Positions 1 through 11,800 of a stretch of DNA of 64,000 bases are shown one piece after another. Location: assembly GCA_964106645.2 (NCBI GenBank), contig OZ067046.1. One strand, 5' to 3'. The DNA is from Podarcis pityusensis (Eukaryota). The position numbers and the translations under genes were made by a program. The notes beneath the pieces are model-generated. The model was not told the DNA's origin and did not search any database. It saw only the letters and a program-made list of their open reading frames with translations. Positions within the stretch are counted from its first letter, which is position 1. Each line of letters begins with the position of its first letter.

Positions 1-25
1 CACACACACACACACACACACACAC
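1..25. repeat. (CA)n microsatellite, truncated by window edge
   Basis: Perfect CA run at window start. Confidence 0.95.
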
Positions 26-2656
26 CTGCACTCACCATATCACAGAACGACAAGCCATAGTTTGGCATTAAGGGATTGAGCCCTGTGCTTGTATACTTTC
101 TCCTCCTTCCTTCGGATGCTCTGCTTAATTATTTAGTTTCTGGCTTGCAGCTAACCATCATTTGCTGTTGCAGCCAAGCACCAAAACTACATTTTGATCC
201 TGTCTTTCAGTCTTCTTTGACAAGCGTAAACCACAGCCTTCCTGTTCAGATGCATTGGCAAACAGATTTGCTGCAAATCAGAAGTTTACTAATTTCATGT
301 ATTCCCCCTGTACAAAATTGGCAAACACCAGCATGACTAACTTGGCTTCCTATAGCATCACACTGACGTTTTGTGAACTTTTTTTGCTGTTTAAAACAGT
401 GTACATAAGCTGTTTCTCTTCTCCAGTGCTAAAGCATACAATTGATTAGATATGCTTTGGTGCAAACAGAATCCTCGTTTAGCAAGACTACCTTCTTCCA
501 CTGCAGACGGAGAGAACATTGCATCGTTGATGCTGGATCAACTCTAGTGCCAATTGTAGCACTAATTGAAAAATGTGGGCTTGTAGAAATTGTCTGGTAT
601 GACCCTCCTTTGTCATATCATTGACCTTTTTATTGTTACTTTGTAAAATATCAGACCTGCAGTTGCCTTATTCAAATATCAAGAAAATTTGAGTATCCTG
701 ATGTGAACCATGGTATTATTTCCACCTTTACACACAGGTATTAAGGCTGTCATAGAACCATAAAGGCTTATATTACCATGTTCCTAATTGTGGTTGCCTT
801 GCTAACTATAGCCAAACACTGGAGTACATTAGCAGGCAATTTAATCACAAGTTAAATCAGTTATCCCATATACAGGTAATTTAATGATGGAATGGACTAC
901 CCAGATAAGGAACTTGGCCTTGATAGAAAGTATAACACACACAAAATGGTGCTCTGCAGACTGGGAAAGTTTATTTAACTTGGTGAAGCTTGATAGCTTA
1001 TGTGACTATGAAGAAACATGATTTTTGTCTGCCTGGCTCCCATGGTTGCATGTGGAAAAGTACTCTGGGTTGATTTTTAATCTTTTATTTCATTGATGGC
1101 TGGCTGACCTGTCTGGGGTGTGTGTGGAGGTTGTGCAGAGGGGGCTTGTTTCCTTCTTCTTGCTTTATTTACCTTGTGTTCTTTCTGTATTCTGTGAAAA
1201 CAATTTAAAAATGCAGTTTGCGCCTGCAAAATATTCAGTGTGGACATGCTGCTTCATCAGTGCATGTCCCATAATATCCTGCTGAAATCCACAAATGTTC
1301 TCTGTGTGTCTTTCCTGCTTTTGTTGTGTTTTAGTGCTTCTCCAGACGCCAATAATGTGAAAACACTGGGGATGCATTGCATAACAAGTAATAAAACTAA
1401 ATGATGTGTAGGTAGTCCTGTATAACTCCACCACTGATGCACTGTTATTGTGTGAATGACAGCTTGCAGAATAAACCCACACTCGTTGGGGGGGAAGGGA
1501 CATGACTCTTCTCTATTGTGGACTCTGTTAGAAGTGGATGATGGCCCTTCTCTCAAGCATGTATATAGTCATCACTCATTTGAAGGCATAGGTGGGATGG
1601 CATCGACCCTTAGCTTCTTCCAGTCAGCAATGTGTGTGGTTTTTTTACTCCATGGGAGGAGGCAAAGATGCCCTGCTTTCACAAACATACTGCCTGCAGC
1701 CTTGGCTGTAGCTGAGCCTCCTGCTGCTCTGCTTCTCGCTGGCGTGGGAAGACATGTTAGAGGTCACTGCTGCTTTCTTTCTACCATCCATCTATATATC
1801 TTCTTAATAGGCTGTTAATTTTGAAACCTAATTATGATCACATAATTGCCAGTGGCATTAATTGCATCTTTGACAATTAACCACTTTTCCTGGCATAAGA
1901 TGTTTATTAGCATGGTGCTCCAGTTGCCTTCAGAGAGATGGCTGGAGCTCATAAAATGATGCTTGGACTTTAGTATCTCTTTGGATGTATGTGCAGGAGA
2001 GTGTTTTTGTTTTGCGTACACTTAGCAGCAAAACTGTAAATAAAATAAACTGCACTGTAAAGAAGTCTTTGTTAGGTAGTCTGACTTCTTTGGTATACTG
2101 TTCTATAAAAATACTGTCATGTACTTTTAAACCATTTCCACAGATACAGCTAGTTTTATATTGATATAGAGAAAAAAGTTCAATGGGAAAACAAAATTGC
2201 ATTGGAAATGTAAGAAGGGAGTGCAAAAGGCATAGGCATTAAAATATATATGTATTTTGTTGACCTGTTACTTAGTTCATGAATTGTGGTTATTCTACAT
2301 TGTATGGTTGCTTTAACTGAGTAGCACTTGAAAGTGGAAACTGAATAATACAAATGGAATACAAAGGCAGTTTGCAGTGTAGAACAAACTGGCATGCCTT
2401 TGTTGGTGGGAATGCAATGATTAAATGCTGTAAGAATTATAACTTTAAAAAAAATTCCTCATGATATGTGCCATTAGTATCCAATCTTTTGTCAGTCACA
2501 GCAAGTCTTATATGGAAGAAGCTGTTAGAGATTCTGCACTTTGTCAAAAATGCCTACAAATGAATTAGTCTGTTATTTTCTGAAATGCATAATACAAACA
2601 TCTTTTATCTCAGGCTGTGAATATGAGTTTAAAATATGTATCTTTTGTGCTTCCAG

Positions 2657-2839
2657 GACTTCTAGTAGCAGCCAGACTCTGTCATCGTGTCATACGATGG
2701 AGCCTTGTACATCCGATGAATTTTTCCAGGCTCTTAACCATGCAGAGCAAACCTTTAAAAAGATGGAAAACTACCTGAGACACAAACAGTTATGTGATGT
2801 AGTATTAGTTGCTGGTGACCGTCGGATTCCAGCACACAG
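2657..2839 (+). CDS. KLHL5: KLHL5 coding exon (exon 2 equivalent), start of BTB
   Basis: ttccag|GACT...CACAG|gtaaat; [31 protein letters not shown]...IPAH. Confidence 0.95.
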
Positions 2840-5800
2840 GTAAATATGCAATTAGACTTTTCTTAAGTTATAACAAACTTCCCAAATTGACTGTTTGAAA
2901 AAGTTCCATAACTAGTCCACTTGCAATATGTTCATGTGGTGATTTGAACCAAAGATATTTTTTTCTAACAGCTGTCAATGCAGAAATCTTGTCCAAAATA
3001 AATATTTGCAGTAATTTGAAAATCATAGAAAAATTAAGCATATGGGTAGTTTTTATATAAACGTTTCACTGCTTGTGAAAAAGGAGCTGCTGGTGCATAT
3101 TTGTCTGTAGGTAAGGTAGTAATTTTATTCATTTAGCTAAAAGCCATAACAAAGCACTTGGTTGTAAACACATCTGCTTATAAATGGCAAATTTTATTTA
3201 TTGATTTGTTGCTAGCCTTTTGTTTATTTTTCATTCATGAACTTCCCCATACCATTTGGTTTCTATTATTACTACTAGGAAGTAGATGTTTTCACCCATT
3301 AGGGCTGGGCGATAAATGGTTTTCAATATCACAATATATCACCAGCTAAACATCACAATATATCATGATATCTGAAATAACGAAGGAACTACGCAGAGGC
3401 GAACTGCTACTGTTACTACATAAGGGTCTAAAACTGATAAATGATGATATTATCAATCACCTCATGGTCACTTTCAGCAGCAGGCAAGCCAAAATGCGTC
3501 CAAATGGGACTTTTGGTTTTGGGCTTGGCTACCAAATGGTGATATTCATGGCAATCCAAAGTATGGTGATGAGTGAATACAAATAATCTGGGACTGCCAG
3601 CAGGCCTACTAGGCAGTGGCAGCCTAGCAGCGGCAGAATCAACGTTGTTTGGGGGGGGGGGGAGAAGCAGCGGCAGCCTGGCAGTAGTGGCACAATAATC
3701 AGCAGCCTGTTAAGCCTCACCATGGCAGTGGGCAAGGTTGGCAGAAGTGGCGGCAGCCTGCAAGGTCTTCCTGTGGTGGCAGCAGTAGTGGTGGTGGTGG
3801 TCTTGCAAGGCCTTGCGGCAGTGGCAAAAGCAGCAATGGCCTGCAAGGCCTTGTCATGGCTGTGGCAGTAGCAGCGGCCTGTGAGGCCTTGTGGTGGCAG
3901 CAGGAGACAGTGGCAGAAGCAGAGGTGACCTGTAAGGCGTTGCTGAGGCAGGCTGCCACAGCTTCTGCCACTGCCTCCCACTGCTACCACGAGGCCTCGC
4001 AGGCTGCCACTACTATTGCTGCCATCTCTTGTTTTCGCCGTAAGGCCTCGCAGGATGCCGCTACTGCTGTCACCTCCAGTCATAGTCACGAGTTCCTGCA
4101 GGCCTCTGCTGCGAGTCCCTGCAGGCCATCACTGCTTCTGCTGCAACTTTGAATTGCCGCCGTGAGGCCTTGCAGTCTGCTGTTGCTGCTATCATTCCCT
4201 GTCACTGCCATGAGGCATTACAGTCCCAGATTATTTGTTTTCACTATGTCTCATCGCCGTACTTTGGATTGTCCTGAATACCACCATTTGGTAGCCAAGC
4301 CCAAAACCAAAAGTCCTGTTGGGTTGCATTTTGGCTTGCCTGCTGACGAAACTGTTTGTGATGATTGATAATATTGCCATTTATCTGTTTTAGTCCCCTA
4401 AGTACTAGCAGTTGCCAGGACATTTTGCCTCTGTATAGTTCCATCCTTATTTCTGACATTGTGGTAGGTTGCAGTGTTTAGCTGGTGAGTTATTGCGATG
4501 TTGAAAACCAGAGGTTGCCTAGCCCTTACACACATTGTAATTCACAATATATTGCCAGCTCAAATATTATGAAACAGTTATCATGATGTGAACTTCAAAC
4601 TGGTTTTGGATGATATATTGATATATTGCCCAGTCCTAGCACCCATTGAACTGCATTTCGCCAAAAAGTTCTCATTTTTGTCTCAAAATTCAGATTAGCT
4701 TTAAGTGGTATTTTTTACTGGGCAGTGAAGTTATAAAGCACCAAAGAGGTAGGTTAAGAAACATATTGAGAAGTAGATGATATCATAGTTTGTCAAGTTC
4801 AAAATGTTTTCAGAAATGACATTAATGTGAATGTCATTTTCACATCTTTTGTTTCATATGGTTACAGATTAGTGTTGTCTTCTGTCTCGGACTACTTTGC
4901 CGCCATGTTTACTAATGATGTAAGAGAGGCAAGACAAGAAGAAATCAAAATGGAAGGTGTTGAGCCAAATGCACTATGGGCTTTGGTGCAATATGCATAT
5001 ACAGGTAATGAAAGTGGCTGGTAAAGTTGTCTAATGTATGTACATTTGTTTATTTTATTAGCTTTCTCACCTGCTGTGAAGGGAAGGGGCTGTTTACTCA
5101 AATATCAACAAAACCCAACTCCTGATACAGTGGTTCCCCCAAATCTGTACTGTCTCATTTATTTCCTCTTAACTCACCAATAACCTGGTAACTGTGGGGT
5201 ATAGGCCACAAAGCCAACCAAATATAGATGTTTATTCTGTTTTGCGGTATTGGTGTTTATTGTTAACCATCCTGATAACTTCAGTTATTAGCAGTGTGAA
5301 AGTATAAGTAAATATATAAATAGGGAAGACTGCAAAAACTCCTTTTTGTGGCCCAGGAAAGGATTTGAGTGAAAAGGCCTTCCTTTTGACCTGTCTGAGC
5401 CAGTCTCATCCCTGTACCAGCCAGGACACAGCTCAGACTTGTAGTGGATGTAGCTGGAAACCTGGCAGTTAAAGTGGCAACACAGCTTCTTTCCTCTATG
5501 CACCTCCAACCTCATGAACACAAAGTTGTCCTTTCTGGAGGTTAGGAGTCTAGCTTATGAGAAAAGACTAGGTGCATTTGGGGTTTCTTCATTTAGAATA
5601 AATATGACTTAGGAGAACATAACAGATAGAGGTTTGTTAAATGTTGAATGGTGTGGAGAGAGTGGGTTGGATTCAGACTAATTTGCACTTCCACTAAATT
5701 CCCATTGAAATCAATATAACTGGTCATGACTAACTTTTCCCATTGATTTCACTGGGACCCAAGTTCCACTAATTTAGTCTGGGTCCACTCCAGAGAGCTT

Positions 5801-8800
5801 TCTCTCCCCTCCCTTAGATTGGTCTGATCTAGCAGAGTTGCTCTTGTAATATTATTATTTCCTAAATACCTTAAACTTCTTTCTGACTCTTCTAGGTCGC
5901 CTTGAATTAAAAGAAGATAATATTGAGTGCCTGTTATCTACAGCATGTATTCTTCAGCTCTCTCAGGTTGTAGAAGCTTGCTGTAAATTTTTAATGAAGC
6001 AGCTTCATCCATCAAATTGCCTTGGAATCCGGTCCTTTGCGGATGCACAGGGTTGCACGGATTTGCACAAAGTAGCCCACAATTACACCATGGTAAGTTG
6101 TTTATATGTGCATCTACTGTCAGTTTATTAAGGAACATTGCTTTAAGGTGATCATTCTGTCAGAGCAAGTATTTTGGCTTGCCAGACCTAATTATCCCCC
6201 CCCCACACTGTTGTGCAAGTTCTCTGACTCACAAAAACCAATTTTAGTGGTTGCAGGGGAAGGAAAGGGACAGAAAGTCCCACTGCTCAAGCAGAAGCTC
6301 TTGTGCAGGGCTTCCATTGGTGGGACCCATTGAATTCTGCCCTCTGGATTTATTTTATTTTATAGGGATCTAGGGAAGAGAATAACAATGTTTTGGGTAC
6401 TGCAGAATATGTCCCCTGAATACCTGGCATGGCTTATGGATAAGATAGTGATCTGGAAACTCCCAGCTCACATAATCTCTGCTGTCAACTGATTTGCTTT
6501 GGGCAAGCTGCTCTATGTCTGACATGAAAAATAAATTTGCCTACCCTAGGGGTCTGATGATTGCTGGGATAATGATATTTGTGGTGATGATATCTGAAGT
6601 GCTTTTAGCACTTAGAAAGAGCGCTCCTGTATACACACACACTTGGGATGGGTCAGTCAGTTCTGACATTCGTTTGGTATTTTCTGTTCCACTTTCATCT
6701 GGTATTTTCCTTTCTGATGCAATTGGTTTATCACACTCACTGGCAAAGCAATCCAAAGTTTCAGTTGCTGTCGCTGAGGCTTTCTGGAGCTAAGTTGCTC
6801 ATTGCAGCAGCAGTGGAAGGGTGGGCAAAGGGGACAGGCAAATCAGGCACGATCCTTGCACCAGCAGTTGGTCTCGCAATGAGCCTGTGCCAGGTATAAG
6901 AGCAGCTCAGATCAAGTGGATTTGAGGCCAGCTCAGTTCCACCTTCAGAATGCCCTGTTTTGGGACTTTCTGTCAGCAGGAATACTGCTGGCACGCCTTC
7001 CACCTTCCTGCACTTTCAGGCAGAAGGGAGAGGTCTGGGCCAGTGGAGTGCTGCTTGCTTGCATCATTGTACTGGTAAGAGGCTGGCAGAAGCAAGCAGA
7101 GGAATGCCGCTGCTCAGTCCAACCCTCCCTTCCAGCCTGATATGTGTATGGGGGTTTGATTGTAATCTAAACAATAAATATTTTTCAGCTGATTTAATTA
7201 TATATAAACTTTTGATGTTCTTATTTTAAAAATTTTTCAAATACGTTATCTTTTATTTTTATTGTGTTTTTTTTATACTAGTTCTCTGTTTTCCACCCTG
7301 CGCTCCTTTGGGATGAAGGGCAAGTTATGTATTTAATAAATTATATCAGTATATTCAGAACAACTTGGCAGATGTGTGGTACAGAGATAATCTCTGTGTT
7401 CTACCACTCACCTGCCATCTTGCTCTCAAGTTGGGTTACTTTTGCAAAATATGAAATTGGTCCTCAGTGCTTCCACAGATTTGTAGCTATACGGTGAACC
7501 TGTTGTAATGTGTAAAGTACATGCTCTGAGCATCTATACAAGAGAGCTTAGTGGTGCCTGGTATTCAGAAGTATGTATTCTATTTGGCTATAATAGCTAG
7601 TTGCCATTGGTAGACCCTTTCTTCACGAATGTCTCTAATCCCTTTTGAAACCAGCAGCCGTCCTTGCATCTTCTGGCAGGGAATTCCATAAATCAATCAT
7701 CTTATGCAAGTAAGTACTTTCTTTTGTCTGCCCTGACCTGTTGCCAGTCAGTTTCATTGGGGTAATCCAATGCAGGTCTAGTGCTTTGCACTTGATCCTT
7801 CACCTTTACTTGCCCACATAATAATAAGTAGGTTTGGACAGTTCTCCAGTAGCACACTTTGAGCATAATGTACTCTGGCACAGTTTCAGAGTACAAATAA
7901 CGTAAGATTGAACTGATTGGGGGAACAGATCCTGCTACACTTCCTGTGCATGTGTGCATAGGCCGAGAGAGTAGACAGTACTCTGTTGAGCCTATGAGAA
8001 TAATCCATGCACAGATGCAGTATCCGCAGTAGACTAGTTTGTTTCCTTTCTATCTGTCTGAGTTCTGCCTAGAGTAATGTTAGACTTAAACTGTTAAAGA
8101 ATTGTTCCTACTCTTGCTAAAGATTTCACCTCAAGAATTCAGACAGGCAAGGTATATCCTTTCTGTTTTTCTCAGTGGTTCGTGATCATTTGCCTTTCTA
8201 CCTTTTGTATGCTTTTGATGCACCATTTCCTCCTCTGTTGTTAAGAAGCTTTTGAGACGTATTATAAAGCTGTGGCCATTGAAATAGCTACCTTGAAGCT
8301 ATTGACACTGCAATAAACAGTGACACAATTATAACCTTTAATAGTTTGACAGGAATGAAATTTAAATTAGTTGGATTTTAGAAAGCTATTTTCCAGAGTA
8401 ATTAGTTGTGCTAGATGAACCCTTCCAAGGGCCTTTTTTAATGTTGTTTAGTTCCAACAGAGACGTGAAATTCAATTTTAGTAATAATGGTTTGAAACGA
8501 ATGTTGCCATGGAAACAGAATAGAAATCTGTAGTTCAATTGAATGTTCATGTAGAATAAATCCCCTACTAATTTCATTTGCTTAAAAACTGCTTTAACGT
8601 AAGGAAATGTTGGCACTAAAAAAGCAACCATTTTATGTTTATTTTTAAAAGTATTATAATACGTGTGCAATGTACCTATACCAATGCTAAAACACTGTAC
8701 CTTATTAAAAGCAGTTTATTGTGCATTGTGCTTCAAATGGCGGTAAATAGCAGAAAAGGCAAAGTAGGGAGCATTTGTGCATGCTTGCTTCATTTGCTTA

Positions 8801-11800
8801 TTTAAAATATTTACACTCTGCCTTTCCTCAGCGTCCTTTAAGGAGGGTAATTAGTAAAATACAACTCAATACAAACAGTACAAAGCTGTGTTCAGAGAAA
8901 TGTTACCCCATGCAGCACAGGTTGAACTCCTATTTCTAGACCCCCTATTCTATGTTGTCTTGTCTGGATTAAGTTGTAGTTTTCTTTCTATCTTTCAATC
9001 TATTACCAACTTCATACACTGGTTCAGCACTTCCACAGCTTCCCTGGAATGCGATGGAAAGCAGGGAGGGAGGGAGGGAGAGATGAGTGTCATCCACACA
9101 TTGGTGGCACAGATTCCAAACATCTTTATGACATCCCAGCATGGCGGACAAACAAAAACCCTGTGGAACCCCACAGGCCAACAGCCAAGGGGGTGAGCAG
9201 GAGTCCCCCCCCAGAGCCTCTTTCTGTTGCATCTCCACACTGTTTTGCTTCTTATGAAGGCTTAAAAAATATTAATGTACAATGAATGTGAAATATTTCT
9301 AGTTCCATTTAAACCTGTTTTGGCATTCCAGTTGGCCCTGTTCATATGTAGCCTTATCTAAGGAGCTGAGCTGTTTACTTCATGTAGGATGTATATATAT
9401 GCAGTTAAAGCATCCAGTCTTATAAAAAGCTCTTTCGTAAGGCTTTTATATGAAACTAGGAGTTGTTCAATAATGTAACTTCACAACTAATTTTAAACGA
9501 AAACAACTGTGTGTGGGCCTGCCAAAGATTCAGTTGAAGTATTTCTTGGTTTACGAGATCTTCGAGCAAGTAATCTCAAGGGGACTGATCTAAACTAATA
9601 GGCTTTCATTAATGGAACAATGCATTTAGTGTTTCTTGAAAAGGTTGGCATGGTTTCGTTTCACGTACTAAAGCTTGACATATAAATAAGTAAGACAGAT
9701 TTCAGTTCTGTGTCACTTCAGTTTACAAGAGGGTGTTGCTCCTGTATTAAAATAATATAGTGTTCCTCAATTTTTATACTCTATTCATTGCACTATTCAT
9801 TTTAAGCAATAAGATTTATATCTTTATTATATTTTTAGAAGCCCGAGTGCAGAATGTGATGTGTTATACAAAATTCAGTGTTCCACATTTTAGCCCTTAT
9901 GGTGACCAATAGGAGCTTGAAGTATATTTAGCCCTTATGGTGACCAATAACAGCTTGAAGTATATGAGATAGTTGATTTTACTTGCAATGTTTTTGCAAA
10001 TTTTCTGTAGGTGTGTTGGGAAATGGAGCTTGGGCTGAAGTCATCTATCTATACTCACTTGCTAGGGAGTAACCCCATTGAACATAATAGGAATTGACTT
10101 CTAAGTAAATATGTATAGATTGCATTGCAAGAGGGAATTTGATGACAGTAAATGGGAGGCATGAATTCATTCAAACCAAGTGCAGTCACTAAGTACTAGG
10201 GTGTAGGAGCTGATCTGCAAAACCTAATCCTAGTACCTCTCATTCTCTTCGAAGCTCAGCATATTCTCTGCTTGTCTTCAGGCAGATCAGGGTTATGGTC
10301 TGCCTTAGCTTAGCAGATCTGGATCTGGTCAGTGCCAGGATAGGTGTACTACATGCATGGCACCATGGGTTCCATGATAGAGTAAAGGTGAGGTATAAAT
10401 GTGAGAAAAATAAATAAATGTTGGGCAGATGGTTAAGAGTCTAGAGCTTTCATCCACATTGTGGTCTTCTCCAAGTATCCTAAGATTTCAGTGACAGACT
10501 TTTAATTGTTCGTTTGGGAGGTCAGTGATTTATGATGCATCCTGGCACAAGTATTTGAGGACTATCTCCATGGATACTTTCTGACCCATGCTTTAAGTTC
10601 TACACATGTGGTCCTACTAGTTCTGTCATTAGTGGACAAAAGCCATGGCCTTTCTTCTGACAACACCCCATCTATGAGACTCCCTCCTGCTCAAGGTCTA
10701 ATTTCTCCCCACATTGGTGGCATTAGGAATCAACTCAAAATGTATTTATTTTGCCAGGCTTTTGATGGTTATGTGCAAATTGTAATAGAAATGTTTTGAC
10801 TCTGTGTTGTTGATTTGTTCATGAATTTTAATTTCTCTCTGTGTGTTTGATTTGAGCGCAAGGAAGCAGTACCACACAAGGGCCTTACCTCCCATCCAGT
10901 GACAGCAGCTAGGATAGAAATAGCAGTGCAGTGGAAAGAAGATCCCAATCTCCAGTGACATTGTGATTTTATACAGACAGACCTGAGGCATAGGAAGCTG
11001 CCCTATATCAAGTCTATTTGCCCAAGTAGCCATCTACTCTGACTGGCAAAGGCTTTCTGAGGTTTCAGATAGAAAAGATTTTTCACCATTCACATAACCT
11101 GCTACCTGATCCTTTTCCTTTTCTGTTCTGTCATTTCTGTTGTAAGCCTTTGGGTAAGGTCTTGTATTTTTAATCTGTGCACTGCAGTTTATAAATGATT
11201 AATAATAATATAGTTTAGCTTCTCTTTATGTCAGTTTGTGAACCCTATATATATTATGGGAGATTTGTCCCCAGTTTATAATTTTATTCTTTACTCTTTC
11301 TCCTATTTTGTTCTATGTATTAAATGTATCTTTCATTATTTGATGTAATGTTGAAAACACCAAATAAAAATTAAAGATGTGAAAAGAAAATACATGGGCC
11401 ATATCTGATGACTCTTAAAACGCTTAAGTAATGACTGAATAAGATTTCCAAGAAGTGTGTGGTATGCTGCAGACTATTACTATTAACCCTAGAATAGTGG
11501 GCATCTGTCTGTCTCAAGAGACAATGGAGTGTGCCTCCAGGGGTGAAGTCAAACTGCTGTGTTAGCAGCACCAAAATGACCTGCCCGTGGCACAAGCCTG
11601 GGCAGTATGTATGGAGCTCCAGGGCTACCCACGTCCCAAGAAGATTGTTGCTATAATGTCCCAAGGTTATCAGTCAGAGGGAATGCTCGTTCTCTGGACC
11701 TGCTCCATAAAACATAGTGCCTTCATTTATCTTTCTTCTTGCCAAAAATTCCAAATTTTGCACAAGCCTTAAACACACTGGCTCAGGGAAGAAAATGCAA

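Noticed and set aside
3529-4152. Overlapping ORFs of 84-186 aa on both strands
   Set aside because: Low-complexity translations of GC-rich repeats inside the hAT foldback element; no domain
9890-9965. 38-bp direct repeat resembling a CRISPR repeat
   Set aside because: Two adjacent copies, no spacers, no cas genes, vertebrate intron
10300-10420. Weak 5S rRNA-like stretch with an AATAAA-rich tail
   Set aside because: Too degenerate to call; at most an old SINE remnant, not an rRNA gene
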